This document shows, in pieces, positions 29,420-39,992 of a stretch of DNA of 64,000 nucleotides; positions within the stretch are counted from its first letter, which is position 1; every line of letters begins with the position of its first letter. Position numbers and translations under genes: made by a program. Under the pieces are notes generated by a model. It did not search any database and was not told the DNA's origin. It worked only from the letters and a program-made list of their open reading frames with translations. Origin of the DNA: Clostridia bacterium (GTDB lineage Bacteria; Bacillota; DSM-521; Neomoorellales; SLTJ01); contig JANLFO010000003.1 of the NCBI GenBank assembly GCA_024653205.1, forward strand, positions 19,901 through 83,900, given 5' to 3'.

Positions 29420-32400
29420 ATGCTAAGGAGCGAGGCGCTTTTTCGGGAGACGGAAGAAAAATTCCGGGAGGTGTTGGCCGCCCAACAGCCGGCGCTCGCC
29501 GACCTCGGCGAGGTCGATCTGGTCATAGGAATCCCCTTTTACAACGAGGCCGATACTCTGGACCGGGTGATCCAGGAAGCGGCAGAAGGGGTGAGGACCT
29601 ACTACCCGGAAGGCAGGGTGGCGCTCGTATGCGTGGGTTCTCCAGCCGGGGTAGCCGCGCTGGAAAGCGTGCGGGAGCGCTCGCCTGACGGACGGTTGCA
29701 GAAGCTGGCCTTTCTCCTGCCGGATGAGGCCCTCAACGGGCGCGGCTGGGCTATAAGAGCCATTATGGAATTGTCCCACCGGCTGGGAGCGGACCTGGCC
29801 CTACTGGAGGCCGACCTGATCGAGGCCAACGGCGAGAAGGGGCTACACGGGCAGTGGCTGCCCGCCCTCCTGCAGCCGATACGCGAGGGCGGATTTGACC
29901 TGGTGCTGGGCCAGTTCAACCGTCACTACTGCGAGGCCACGGTGACCCGGCATTTGGTATATCCTTTGTTGGCATCTCTCTACAATTACAAGATTCGTGA
30001 TCCTCTAAGCGGGGTTATGGGCATTCACCGCCGCCTCCTCAGACAGTTTTTAGAAAATCCGAGAATCTGGCACGGAGACGTGGGCGGATACGGGGTAGAC
30101 CCGTGGCTCGTTACCACCGCCATATGCGAGGAGGCCAAGATCTGCGAGGCCAGGCTCGGCTCCAAGCCCCGCCATTACTCCGCCGGCAAGCGGGAACTGG
30201 TCTTCCGTCAGGTGGCCAAGACCCTCTTTGAAAGCTACATTGCCCAGCGGGAACGGCTGGCCGGCATCTACTCCGGGCCGGTACAGTACGCGGACCAATA
30301 CGGCGCCTTGACCGTCCCGAGCCCTTCCGGACCGGAACTGCACCCGGCGGATGTGGTGTCGCGCTTCCGCCAGGGCTTTAACCTCTTCTACAGCACCTTG
30401 CTGCCCAGGGTCCTGCCGGAGGAAGCTTTTGAGGAGCTGGCAGAGCTGGCAGAAGCTCCTCCGGAACGTTTCCGGTTCTCCGCGCGGCTCTGGGCCCGAA
30501 CCGTGTATTCCTTCCTCCTGGCCTTCAAGTTCCGGCAGGACATAGCCCGGGGAGACCTGCTCAACGCCCTGGTCTATCTTTACCAGGGCCGGGTGGCCGG
30601 CTGGCTGAACGAACTCGGCACCACCAGGGACTACTTCGACCGCCTGCTGCCCGAACAGGCCGAGCACCTGATTTCCCTGGAGGCGGAACGTCTGATCGAG
30701 GACCAGGTCCAGGAGTTTCTCCGGGAAAGATCTTCCTTCCTGGATGGCTGGAAGAAGGAGGAGGGCAGGCGACCCGTACTCCCCAAGATTACCTACCACG
30801 AATTCATCCCCGGGGTACCCCTGGTGCTGCCCCAGGAAGTGGCTGCCGCCTCGGGGGAAAGGGTGGAGCTGGCACCGATCTACGAGGACCTGCTGGCCCG
30901 CTACCGCCGCCGGTTCGATACTTTCGTACATGAACGCCTGAATCTACCTCCCTCGGCGGATTCCGTCAGCATAGCTCAGGGGATCCGGGATTTTCTGAAA
31001 CGGGGGGAGGACATCTTGGCACGGGAACTCCTGCGCGGCGACCTGCACACGGTAGAGGGAACCCGTCAGGTGGTGGAAGCGATTTTCGATAACCTGCCAC
31101 ACGGGCCGGTTTTTGCCCTGAACCCGGAGGTGATCAGCCAGCTGCTTTGGAGCCATCCGCCGGTTAATCTCCTGACCCTCCTGGGCTATGAAGAAGTGGT
31201 GGAGCTGTTCTCCCAGTGGTCGCCCGAGGAGGCCCTGGCTCTGGCGAGCTGGTCGGAAGAGCGAGAGTACATGCACCGAATTTGGGATTGGCTGAAGAAC
31301 AACGCCGGGCCGGAGCACTTTATCACCGCGCGACTGAAGCCCCTGGTGGTCAGTCACGAGGACTTCCCCTCGCTTGCGGAAATGAAGGAGGCCAGTGCCC
31401 TCAGCCGCCTCACCGGTACGGTGGTGGTCAGTAACCTCCGCAAGGGCAGGGGGGGAGAATTCCCTTACCTCCGGTACTTTACCCTGATCGGCAAGCACAT
31501 AGTTGAGGCGGAACGGTTCAGCGCCATCTGGCAGGAGTACGCCCACGAACGGAAGGACTTCGCCAGGCGCGTTATCAACTCGCTTACCGGGCACTGGGGT
31601 AGGAGCCCGCTCTCGGCCCACAACTTCTTCGAGAACGGCCACCAACGGGTTCTGGCACAGCGTTTTGGCCAAATGGCGGTCGATCTCGGCCGTCGCGCCG
31701 GAGAAGAGGCCAGACCCGGGCTGGCGCAACTGGCGCGCTTCCTCGAGGACATGGTTTTCTCCTACCATTTGGCTCAGACCATGCCCGACGGTCGCTTCAT
31801 TCCTTGCTCGGCCTGGACCTGGGCCAGCTACAGCTTCAAGGGAGGCAGGGGCGTTCCCACCCCGCTTTCCCTGCACGTAGAGCGCGACTGGTTTACCCGC
31901 CAACTCCTGGAGGCGGTGTACGGTGCGCTGGGAGGGGACGCGGCAGGGATCGAGGCCCTCATAGCCGAGCTCATGGGCGAGGGCAGGGAAGCAGAGGAAT
32001 TGACGGAGGAACTCTGGGGCACTCCGATTCAAAAGGAGTTGCTGCTGGTCCAGCATTTGCCGGCCAGACAACCGGCGGCAGAGCCGCTCGTGCGTTACCC
32101 GGGCAATCCCATACTGGCCCCGGTGCCCGAGCACTGGTGGGAATCCAAGTACGTGCTGAATACCGGTGCCCTGCGCCTCCAGGACAAGGTATACCTGTTC
32201 TATCGGGCGCTAGGCAACGACGATGTGTCGCGCATCGGCCTGGCCATCAGCAAGAACGGATTGGAGATTGAGGAGCGGCTGCCGGAACCGGTATTCGTTC
32301 CCGTGGGAGAAGCAGAAAGCCGCGGCTGCGAGGACCCACGATTGGTGGTGCTGGACGATCGCATATATATGCTCTACACCGCCTACGACGGCACCACCGC

Positions 32401-33070
32401 CCAGATCGCCCTGGCCTCCATAAGCTGCGAGGACTTTCTGGCCCGCAGGTGGGAGGCCTGGCGGCGGCACGGCATGGTCTTTCCCGGCTACTGGAACAAG
32501 GATGCCGTGCTCTTCCCGGTCCGGTTCAAGGGCCGCTACGCCCTCTACCACCGGATCATGCCCAGCATATGGCTTACCTATGCCGAGGAACTGACCTGCC
32601 CCTGGCCGCAGAACCAGCACCACATCGTCATAGGGCCGCGTTCGGGCATGATGTGGGACGCGCTCAAGATCGGCGCCGGCTCGCAGCCTCTCCGGACCCG
32701 CTACGGGTGGCTTCTCATCTACCACGGGGTGGACTACTCCCGGGTATATCGGTTGGGAGTCATACTGGTGGCCGCGGACGACCCGGGCAAGGTGCTCTAC
32801 CGCTCTCCCAATCCGGTGCTCGCGCCGGACACCGAGTTCGAAATCGGTCAACCCGGGGTGAGCTGGGTTCCCAACGTAGTGTTTACCTGCGGGGCGGTGC
32901 CCCGGGAAAACCGGGAGATACTAGGCGATGAAGACGAAATCCTGGTCTACTACGGGGCTGCAGATACGGTAATAGGAGTGGCCACCGCCAGGGTAGGGGA
33001 TCTCATACCGGCGGAGGTCAGACGGGAGCTCAAGACCAACCGGCTTAACGGCGCACGCTCACGCAGGTAG
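29420..33070 (+). CDS. large multidomain protein: N-terminal GT-A-like glycosyltransferase, about 600-aa central region of unknown function, C-terminal GH130/DUF377-type glycoside phosphorylase-like beta-propeller
   Basis: The N-terminus has VDLVIGIPFYNEADTLDRVI...LLEADL. The C-terminus (about 32090-33010) has GCEDPRLV, YTAYDG, NKDAVLFP, IGAGSQP, LIYHGVD, YRLGVILV..DDP, PNVVFTCG and YYGAADT, all typical of GH130. The ORF opens at 29405 (TTG); ATG 29420 is preferred. Confidence 0.75.
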   Translation: MLRSEALFRETEEKFREVLAAQQPALADLGEVDLVIGIPFYNEADTLDRVIQEAAEGVRTYYPEGRVALVCVGSPAGVAALESVRERSPDGRLQKLAFLLPDEALNGRGWAIRAIMELSHRLGADLALLEADLIEANGEKGLHGQWLPALLQPIREGGFDLVLGQFNRHYCEATVTRHLVYPLLASLYNYKIRDPLSGVMGIHRRLLRQFLENPRIWHGDVGGYGVDPWLVTTAICEEAKICEARLGSKPRHYSAGKRELVFRQVAKTLFESYIAQRERLAGIYSGPVQYADQYGALTVPSPSGPELHPADVVSRFRQGFNLFYSTLLPRVLPEEAFEELAELAEAPPERFRFSARLWARTVYSFLLAFKFRQDIARGDLLNALVYLYQGRVAGWLNELGTTRDYFDRLLPEQAEHLISLEAERLIEDQVQEFLRERSSFLDGWKKEEGRRPVLPKITYHEFIPGVPLVLPQEVAAASGERVELAPIYEDLLARYRRRFDTFVHERLNLPPSADSVSIAQGIRDFLKRGEDILARELLRGDLHTVEGTRQVVEAIFDNLPHGPVFALNPEVISQLLWSHPPVNLLTLLGYEEVVELFSQWSPEEALALASWSEEREYMHRIWDWLKNNAGPEHFITARLKPLVVSHEDFPSLAEMKEASALSRLTGTVVVSNLRKGRGGEFPYLRYFTLIGKHIVEAERFSAIWQEYAHERKDFARRVINSLTGHWGRSPLSAHNFFENGHQRVLAQRFGQMAVDLGRRAGEEARPGLAQLARFLEDMVFSYHLAQTMPDGRFIPCSAWTWASYSFKGGRGVPTPLSLHVERDWFTRQLLEAVYGALGGDAAGIEALIAELMGEGREAEELTEELWGTPIQKELLLVQHLPARQPAAEPLVRYPGNPILAPVPEHWWESKYVLNTGALRLQDKVYLFYRALGNDDVSRIGLAISKNGLEIEERLPEPVFVPVGEAESRGCEDPRLVVLDDRIYMLYTAYDGTTAQIALASISCEDFLARRWEAWRRHGMVFPGYWNKDAVLFPVRFKGRYALYHRIMPSIWLTYAEELTCPWPQNQHHIVIGPRSGMMWDALKIGAGSQPLRTRYGWLLIYHGVDYSRVYRLGVILVAADDPGKVLYRSPNPVLAPDTEFEIGQPGVSWVPNVVFTCGAVPRENREILGDEDEILVYYGAADTVIGVATARVGDLIPAEVRRELKTNRLNGARSRR

Positions 33071-33077
33071 GTAAGGA

Positions 33078-33836
33078 GTGCTTTTCGGATTGGGCGCGCA
33101 CAGGCGGTTGGCCAAGGCCTTGGCCGACCTGGGGGTAGCCTCGCGGCGTCGGGCCGAGGAGTTGATCCGGGCGGGCCGCGTGCGGGTAAACGGGGTAACG
33201 GTCACCGATCCCGCCCGAGGAGTGGGGGAGGGCGACGTGCTGGAGGTAGACGGAAGGCGTCTTCGGCCTGCCCCCGAGCGCGTCGCCTTGTTGTTGTACA
33301 AGCCTGCGGGCTACCTCTCCACGGTTACCGACCCTTTCGGCCGGCCCACGGTGCTGGACCTGGTGGGGCCGCAACCCTACCGGCTCTATCCCGTGGGCAG
33401 GCTTGACCTGGACGCCGAAGGCCTGCTGCTTCTCACCAATGACGGAGAGCTGGCCTTCCTGCTTACCCATCCCCGGCACGAAGTGGAGAAGACCTACCGC
33501 GTACTGGTGAAGGGCCGGCCCGGGCCCGGCGCACTGGAGCAGCTACGGCAGGGAGTAAGACTTGAGGACGGTCGGACCTCACCCGCGCGGGTCCGGCAGG
33601 TAGGGCGGAGGGGAAGCGATACCTGGCTGGAAATCACGGTTCACGAGGGGCGCAAGCGGCAGATCAAGCGCATGTGCCGGGCCGTAGGGCATCCGGTCCT
33701 GTCTTTGACCCGCACGCGCCTGGGTTTTCTTACCCTTAAGGGACTGGCCCCGGGTCGGTACCGACGGCTGACCGCCGAGGAGATTGGTCGCCTGAAGGCG
33801 CTGGCCCGCGGGCAGGGGAAAGAATTACCTACCTAG
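33078..33836 (+). CDS. rluB: 23S rRNA pseudouridine synthase, RsuA/RluB family
   Basis: S4 domain (RLAKALADLGVASRRRAEELIRAGRVRVNG) and catalytic GRLDLDAEGLLLLTNDGE. Confidence 0.9.
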   Translation: MLFGLGAHRRLAKALADLGVASRRRAEELIRAGRVRVNGVTVTDPARGVGEGDVLEVDGRRLRPAPERVALLLYKPAGYLSTVTDPFGRPTVLDLVGPQPYRLYPVGRLDLDAEGLLLLTNDGELAFLLTHPRHEVEKTYRVLVKGRPGPGALEQLRQGVRLEDGRTSPARVRQVGRRGSDTWLEITVHEGRKRQIKRMCRAVGHPVLSLTRTRLGFLTLKGLAPGRYRRLTAEEIGRLKALARGQGKELPT

Positions 33837-33865
33837 AGCTTCTCCTGCGAAATCATAATAAGTCT

Positions 33866-35056
33866 ATGGATCCCAGGTTGTCTCCCCGGACCATCGTGGC
33901 CACTTACGTAGGCACGGTGGTGGGTGCGGCTTTCGCCTCCGGCCAGGAGATCCTGCAGTTCTTCGGGTACTTCGGCGCCTGGGGGCTGGCCGGGCTGCTC
34001 CTGACCACCGTCCTCTTCATCCTCTTCGGCTACCTGATCATGGAAGGCGGACACCGCCTGGAGGCGCGGTCCTACCGGGCCGTGATCATGGAGGCCGGAG
34101 GCCCGTGGCTCGGCCGGGCACTGGACGGGGTGGTCACCTTTTTCCTTTTCGGCGCCCTGCTGATCATGGCCGCCGGTGCCGGAGCCTTTTTCCGTCAGCA
34201 CTTCGGACTCCCCTTCGCCCTGGGCAGTGCGGCCATGGTGGTGGCCGCCGCGGCCACGGTTCTCGCCGGGCTGGGCGGGGTCATTGCCGCCATAAGTATC
34301 ATCGCCCCCGCGTTATTGCTGGGCGCCCTGGGGCTGGGGGCTTATACGGTCATCAGTGCCTGGCCGGGAACATCCGGCGGGTTCTTCTGGTCGCTGCCGC
34401 AAGAGGCGCCCGTGCCGTCCTGGCCCCTATCCTCGGTCCTGTACGCCTCCTATAACCTGCTGTTGGCCGTGGCGGTGCTGGCGCCTATAGGCCCTCGGGC
34501 ACGCCGGAAGGATCTCTGGTTGGGCGCGCTGGGCGGAGGTACCGCCCTAGGCCTGGCGGCCACCTCCATTTTTCTGGCCCTCATGGCCCAGGGAAGGGCA
34601 GGCGCGGCCTCGGAGCTACCCATGCTGGCCGTGGCCGCCAGGCTGGGTCCGCTCGTGGCCTGGAGCTACGGCCTGATACTGCTCGCCGAGATCTATACCA
34701 CGGCGGTAAGCAGCCTTTTCGGCTTTGCCTCCCGGCTTGGCACCGAAGGAGCCCGCTTCCGGCTGGCGGTTTCCGCCGCCGGCGCCGCGGCCTTCATCCT
34801 GGCCCAGTTCGGCTTTTCCGTGCTGGTGGGAACGATCCTTCCCGCAGTAGGGTATGCCGGGCTGCTCTTCTTGGGCGCCCTGGCCCTGGGGTACCGGCCC
34901 CTGAGGGAGGCCTGGCCACGAGTGGCACGACTCGTCGCCGCGCCGCACCCTCTCAGGAAGGCCTTTCCCAGAGGGCGGGTCGTGGAGAAAGAGCCCCATG
35001 GGAACGCACCGAAGAACGGTCAGGAGGCCCCCAGGGACGAGTCTCCGCGGAGATAA
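33866..35056 (+). CDS. YkvI family membrane protein (putative transporter)
   Basis: N-terminal VATYVGTVVGAAFASGQEILQFF is the YkvI hallmark. About 11 TM segments. Confidence 0.7.
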   Translation: MDPRLSPRTIVATYVGTVVGAAFASGQEILQFFGYFGAWGLAGLLLTTVLFILFGYLIMEGGHRLEARSYRAVIMEAGGPWLGRALDGVVTFFLFGALLIMAAGAGAFFRQHFGLPFALGSAAMVVAAAATVLAGLGGVIAAISIIAPALLLGALGLGAYTVISAWPGTSGGFFWSLPQEAPVPSWPLSSVLYASYNLLLAVAVLAPIGPRARRKDLWLGALGGGTALGLAATSIFLALMAQGRAGAASELPMLAVAARLGPLVAWSYGLILLAEIYTTAVSSLFGFASRLGTEGARFRLAVSAAGAAAFILAQFGFSVLVGTILPAVGYAGLLFLGALALGYRPLREAWPRVARLVAAPHPLRKAFPRGRVVEKEPHGNAPKNGQEAPRDESPRR

Positions 35057-35251
35057 AGCCGGTTTTACGGGCTGACGCAGGCGAGCAGGCGAGGGAAGAT
35101 AATCTCGGAGGTCCCGCTACGGGTGACTTTCCCGGCATATAACTTCCGATAAGAAATATTATGTTAACCTAGGTAGGAACAACCGCCGCTGGATAAGGGC
35201 GGTAGCACCGGCTTGCGGCGCCCCTCGGGGCCGCAGGCACCGTTGGCAGGA

Positions 35252-36031
35252 CTAAGACCCAGCAGAAGGCCGGTAGACTTCCTGCCACAGGCGCGCCGGC
35301 AGCACTTCGCGCAGCAATACCTGACCGTAGTCCGTCTTGCCGCTGAAGGCATTCTTATCAGTCCAGTCTTCCGGCCGGAGGTCCGGAGCGTCGGCTTCAT
35401 TTATGGGAAAGCCTTCTGGGCCCGCGCACTCCAGCAGGAGGCGCACCAGTTCGTCCTGGCCGAGATTAACCAGCGTTTCTCTCAGGCGCCGCGCCCGGCG
35501 GGTCACCGGGCTGCACAGGTAGGTTCTGCACACCAGCGGCCGCAAATCGTACCGTCGGCACAGGCCGGCCTGCCGGTCCAGCAGCACGCACTCCCCTTCT
35601 TCCCCGCGCCTTAGTGTTATGTCAACCGCGCGGCCCCAGACCCCTACCCAGCCGTAGGCCCTCACCGCCTTCAGCGCGCGCCCGGCCGTCTCCCCTGCCG
35701 CCGGTTCGCCCGCCTTCTCGGGCCGGAAACGGCCTTCCGAAAGCCCTCCCCTGCCCCGGCCCGCTTCCGGCCCCGTCCCCGCCGCCTTCCCGCCGCCGGC
35801 CGACCGCTCACCCAGCCGGAGGGCATCAATACTGGTGAGCGGGATGCGCTCCGCGCAGCAGCGCGGGCACCCGTAGCAGGCTCCGCCAGGGTTCCGGCGC
35901 CGGGCCAGACGCGGTTCGGCGCTCAGAAGCTCCATGGCCCGCAGGTAGTCGCCCACGGTGGCCCGGGAATCGAGTACCAGCAGGTCGTAGCCGCATTCGC
36001 CGCCAAAAGGCACCAACTCTACTCTTACCAT
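35252..36031 (-). CDS. YkgJ family cysteine-cluster protein (UPF0153/PF03692-like) with a low-complexity insertion
   Basis: CYGCPRCCAE (CxxCxxCC) and CVLLDRQAGLCRRYDLRPLVCRTYLC. A Gly/Ala/Arg/Glu-rich insert separates the halves. Confidence 0.65.
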   Translation of the reverse strand: MVRVELVPFGGECGYDLLVLDSRATVGDYLRAMELLSAEPRLARRRNPGGACYGCPRCCAERIPLTSIDALRLGERSAGGGKAAGTGPEAGRGRGGLSEGRFRPEKAGEPAAGETAGRALKAVRAYGWVGVWGRAVDITLRRGEEGECVLLDRQAGLCRRYDLRPLVCRTYLCSPVTRRARRLRETLVNLGQDELVRLLLECAGPEGFPINEADAPDLRPEDWTDKNAFSGKTDYGQVLLREVLPARLWQEVYRPSAGS

Positions 36032-36064
36032 CGGCCCTCACTCTTATCTCCGGAAGCCCGCACC

Positions 36065-37489
36065 TCACGGCCCACCGCGGGCCCGCTCGGAGGCCCACAG
36101 CTCCCGCATGGTGGCCCGGAGGTGGTACGGGTACAGGCTCCTGAGCCTGCCCTCCTCTCCGCGCGCCCATCCCAGCGAGAAGCCGCCCACCGTGACCAGC
36201 ACCCATCCCGGCGGCGTCCGGGCTTCCAGCGCCTCGCCCCGCAGGTAGGAGCGCAGCGCCCGGTCCTCGGGGGCAAAATCGTGCACCTGCCGCGCCCGGC
36301 CGGGGTCCAGAGCCACGGCCAGGGCGTGGTTGGGCTCGAACCTTCCCTTGCGCACCCTTCCCAGCCACCAGCCCGGCCGCAAGACCCGCAGCCCCTCCCA
36401 CGCCTTGGGTGACAGCGGGGGTCGGAAGAGCTCGTTCCCCTGCTCTACGACTTCTTCCTCCGGCACCGGCAGTTCCCGAAGGTACTCCCGGCAGAACTCG
36501 AGATACCGGTCGCGGGCCTCCGGGGACAGCGGCGGCAGCGGCGCGGGCTTCCGCCTGGGAGCGGGCCCTTCGCGCCGACGGAGGAGGGCGTAAAAGTGGC
36601 CGTGCCCCTCTCCCCGCTGCGGCCACAGCCGCACCGCCCGCTCCAGCTCTCCGGCGCCGTCCGGCAGCCATTCCGGGTGCCCCCGATCGAACCGGAGCGC
36701 CGGCGGAGGCTCCACCAGCTCGAACTCCCGGTGGTGCCTGAGGAAGCGATGCACCACCCCCTCGTTCTCTTCCGGAGAAAAGGAGCAGGTGGCGTAAAGC
36801 AGCCGGCCACCCGGCCGGACCAGCCTGGCCCCCTCCTCAAGCACGGCCAGTTCCCGGCGCGCGCACCGGATAACGGTTTCCGGGCTCCAGTAGCGGGCCG
36901 CCCCGGGATTCCGCACCAGGAGGGCTTCGCCCGAGCAGGGGGCGTCGATCAGCACCCGGTCGAACCAACCGGCCCAGCGCGCCGCCAGCCGCTGCGGGGA
37001 CTCGTTGGTGATGAGGGCGTTGGTTACCCCCATCCGCTCCAGATTCCAGGCCAGGACCGAGGCCCGCCGGGGTTGTATCTCGTTGGCCACCAGGCACCCG
37101 GTATTCCCCATGCGCGCCGCCAGGTGGGAGGCCTTGCCCCCGGGCGCGGCGCACAGGTCCAGCACCCACTCTCCGGGCCGCGGATCGAGCAGCAGGGCCG
37201 CGGCCATGGTGGCCAGATCCTGGGGGTAATAAAGCCCGGCGTAGTAGAAGGGGTGCGCGCCCGGCCTGGCCCCGCTATCGGTAAAGACGAAGCCCTCCGG
37301 GCACCAGGGCACGGAGGCCAGGGCAAAAGGCGAGCGGCTCCGGAATTCTTCCGGGGTTACCTTTAAGGTATTGACCCGCAGTCCGGCCCGGTAGGCGGTC
37401 AAAGCGGCCTCAAAGGCCGGAAACTCCGGTCCGAGCCAGCCGGCCATGCGGGCGGCAAAGCTACGGGGTAACTGCGACGAACCGGCCAT
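36065..37489 (-). CDS. rsmF: NOL1/NOP2/Sun family rRNA (cytosine-C5)-methyltransferase, RsmF/YebU-like
   Basis: DLCAAPGGKASHLAARM (SAM site), DAPCSGEA and ATCSFSPEENE catalytic Cys motifs. ATG 37489 gives 474 aa. The track ORF's upstream 370 codons are antisense to pfkA. Confidence 0.88.
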   Translation of the reverse strand: MAGSSQLPRSFAARMAGWLGPEFPAFEAALTAYRAGLRVNTLKVTPEEFRSRSPFALASVPWCPEGFVFTDSGARPGAHPFYYAGLYYPQDLATMAAALLLDPRPGEWVLDLCAAPGGKASHLAARMGNTGCLVANEIQPRRASVLAWNLERMGVTNALITNESPQRLAARWAGWFDRVLIDAPCSGEALLVRNPGAARYWSPETVIRCARRELAVLEEGARLVRPGGRLLYATCSFSPEENEGVVHRFLRHHREFELVEPPPALRFDRGHPEWLPDGAGELERAVRLWPQRGEGHGHFYALLRRREGPAPRRKPAPLPPLSPEARDRYLEFCREYLRELPVPEEEVVEQGNELFRPPLSPKAWEGLRVLRPGWWLGRVRKGRFEPNHALAVALDPGRARQVHDFAPEDRALRSYLRGEALEARTPPGWVLVTVGGFSLGWARGEEGRLRSLYPYHLRATMRELWASERARGGP

Positions 37490-37669
37490 GCGCTCTCTTC
37501 GCCGTCCTTTCTCCACCCTTACTGGTTTCTCCGCTTTCGGCGGCAGCCCTTCCCGGCCGGGTGGCCGGGAGCCCCGGCAGAGGTAAAGGCGGGCCGATTT
37601 CAAGAGGGCCCGTCTCCCCCTTCCGTATGTTATAATAAGCCAAACTGCCGGTAAATCCGTGCGGACGGG

Positions 37670-38758
37670 GTGAGAACGGTGCCGAAACTGGGTATACTCA
37701 CCGGCGGCGGAGACAGTCCCGGTCTCAACGCCGTAATCCGGGCGGCAGCCAAGACCGCCTTCAGACAGGGCTGGGAAGTGACCGGCTTCCTGCAGGGCTA
37801 CAGCGGCCTGGTAGAGGAACGCTACGTCATACTGGACCAGAGCGCCATCAGCGGGCTCCTGCACCGGGGCGGAACCATCCTGGGCGCCAACAACCGCGAT
37901 AACCCCTTTCACTACCCGGTCCGGGAAAACGAGCGGATCGTCTACCGGGATCTGTCCGACCGGGCCCTCCTCAACCTGGAGCGCCTGGGAATACAGGCTC
38001 TCATAACCATCGGCGGCGACGGCACCCTGGCCGCGGCCTCCGAGCTGGCGGCCAAGGGAGCGCGCATAGTGGGCGTGCCCAAGACCATAGACAACGATCT
38101 CCTGGCCACGGACCAGACCTTCGGCTTCGACACCGCCGTGACCGTGGCCACCGAGGCCCTGGACCGCCTGCACACTACCGCCGAATCCCACCACCGGGTC
38201 ATGGTGCTGGAGCTGATGGGCCGCTACGCGGGCTGGATCGCCCTGCAGAGCGGCGTGGCCGGAGGAGCCGACGTGATCCTCATCCCGGAAATCCCCTGGC
38301 GCATCGAGAAGGTGGCGGAAAAGATTCTGGAACGCAAGGCCCAGGGGAAGCCCTTCAGCATCGTGGTGGTGGCCGAGGGGGCCAAGACTCCGGAAGGCAC
38401 CCACGTGGTGCGGCAGTGGGTGGAGGGCAGCGTGGAGAAAGCCCGGCTGGGCGGTATCGGCGAGGTGGTGGGCAGGATGATCGAAGAGCACACCGGCATC
38501 GAAACCCGGGTAACGGTGCTGGGGCACATCCAGCGCGGCGGCTCCCCTACTCCTTTCGACCGGGTGCTGGCCACCCGCTTCGGCGTCCTGGCCGCGCAAC
38601 TGGCCATGCAGGGCGTGTACAACGTGATGGTCCGGCTCCAGGGGCTGGAAGTGGGGTACGTACCCCTGGAGGAGGCGGTTCGCGGCACCCGCAAGGTGCC
38701 GCCGGAAGGCCAGCTGGTACAGGCCGCCCGGGCCATAGGCATAAGCTTCGGCGACTGA
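37670..38758 (+). CDS. pfkA: 6-phosphofructokinase (group-III-like)
   Basis: [52 protein letters not shown]. Confidence 0.93.
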   Translation: MRTVPKLGILTGGGDSPGLNAVIRAAAKTAFRQGWEVTGFLQGYSGLVEERYVILDQSAISGLLHRGGTILGANNRDNPFHYPVRENERIVYRDLSDRALLNLERLGIQALITIGGDGTLAAASELAAKGARIVGVPKTIDNDLLATDQTFGFDTAVTVATEALDRLHTTAESHHRVMVLELMGRYAGWIALQSGVAGGADVILIPEIPWRIEKVAEKILERKAQGKPFSIVVVAEGAKTPEGTHVVRQWVEGSVEKARLGGIGEVVGRMIEEHTGIETRVTVLGHIQRGGSPTPFDRVLATRFGVLAAQLAMQGVYNVMVRLQGLEVGYVPLEEAVRGTRKVPPEGQLVQAARAIGISFGD

Positions 38759-38780
38759 GCCGCAGGGAGGCGAGCGAGAC

Positions 38781-39992
38781 TTGAACGCTTTCGATACCGC
38801 ACAGGATCTGCCCGACGCGCGGGGCTACTTCGGCCCCTTCGGCGGCCGCTACGTTCCCGAGGTGCTCGTTCCCGCGCTGGTAGAGCTGACCAGCGCCTAT
38901 CAGCAGGCCGTCGCCGACCCCGGGTTTCGGCGGGAACTGGAGGAACTCCTCAGACGCTGGGCCGGGCGCCCTACCCCGCTGTGGTTTGCGGAGAGGCTTA
39001 GCCGCCACTGCGGCGGAGCCCGCATCTACCTCAAGCGGGAGGACCTCGCCCACACCGGCGCCCACAAGATCAATAACGCCCTGGCCCAGGCCCTGCTGGC
39101 CCGCAGAATGGGCAAGCACCGCGTCGTGGCCGAAACCGGTGCCGGCCAGCACGGGGTGGCGTCAGCGGCGGCCTGCGCCGTGCTCGGGCTGGAGTGCGTG
39201 GTCTACATGGGCGAGGAGGACGTGCGGCGGCAGGCCCTCAACGTCTTCCGCATGCGGCTGTTGGGCGCCGAGGTGCGGCCGGTGTCGGCCGGAAGCCGCA
39301 CCCTCAAGGACGCCATCAACGAGGCCATCCGCGACTGGGTAACCAACGTGGGCACCACCCACTACCTCCTGGGCTCGGCCGTGGGGCCCCATCCCTACCC
39401 GGTGATGGTGCGCGAGTTCCAGGCGGTAATCGGCAGGGAGGCGCGGGAACAGATGCTCGAGCAGACCGGAGCCCTGCCCGACTGCGTGATCGCCTGCGTG
39501 GGAGGCGGCTCCAACGCCATCGGGATCTTCAGCGCCTTCATCCGCGACCCCCAGGTCCGCCTGGTGGGCGTGGAGGCCGGCGGGCGGGGCCTGGATACCG
39601 GCGAACACGCCGCCTCCCTGGTGGCCGGGAGCGTCGGGGTGCTGCACGGCGCCAAGATGTACCTGCTGCAGGACGAGCACGGACAGATCGGCACCACCCA
39701 CAGCATTTCCGCCGGGCTGGACTATCCCGGGGTGGGGCCCGAGCACAGCTTTCTCAAATCCGTCGGCAGGGCCGAATACGTGGCGGTCACCGACGAGGAG
39801 GCTCTGGAGGCCTTCCGGCTCCTCTGCCGGACGGAAGGCATCCTCCCCGCCCTGGAGCCGGCCCACGCTCTCGCCTACGCCACCCGCCTGGCCCCCGCCC
39901 TGGGCCCGGCAAAGTCGATCCTGGTCAACCTTTCCGGACGGGGCGACAAGGATATGGACATCGTGGCTTCCGCCCTAGGAGGGAGACTATGA
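38781..39992 (+). CDS. trpB: tryptophan synthase beta chain
   Basis: [16 protein letters not shown] (PLP Lys), [19 protein letters not shown]. Confidence 0.96.
   Translation: MNAFDTAQDLPDARGYFGPFGGRYVPEVLVPALVELTSAYQQAVADPGFRRELEELLRRWAGRPTPLWFAERLSRHCGGARIYLKREDLAHTGAHKINNALAQALLARRMGKHRVVAETGAGQHGVASAAACAVLGLECVVYMGEEDVRRQALNVFRMRLLGAEVRPVSAGSRTLKDAINEAIRDWVTNVGTTHYLLGSAVGPHPYPVMVREFQAVIGREAREQMLEQTGALPDCVIACVGGGSNAIGIFSAFIRDPQVRLVGVEAGGRGLDTGEHAASLVAGSVGVLHGAKMYLLQDEHGQIGTTHSISAGLDYPGVGPEHSFLKSVGRAEYVAVTDEEALEAFRLLCRTEGILPALEPAHALAYATRLAPALGPAKSILVNLSGRGDKDMDIVASALGGRL

Noticed and set aside
35182-35232. Two GC hairpins and an AT-rich patch (35135-35190, containing GTTAAC and CCTAGG) in the convergent ykvI / YkgJ gap. 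Considered as an sRNA or promoter.
   Set aside because: Both flanking genes end here, so hairpins are expected as bidirectional terminators. The promoter-like TTGTTC...TAATAT has a poor spacer (13-15 nt) and nothing to drive.
37490-38599. N-terminal 370 codons of the 844-aa minus-strand ORF (36065-38599).
   Set aside because: This part is antisense to pfkA and motif-free. The methyltransferase homology begins at Met encoded at 37489, which gives a normal 474-aa RsmF-like protein.
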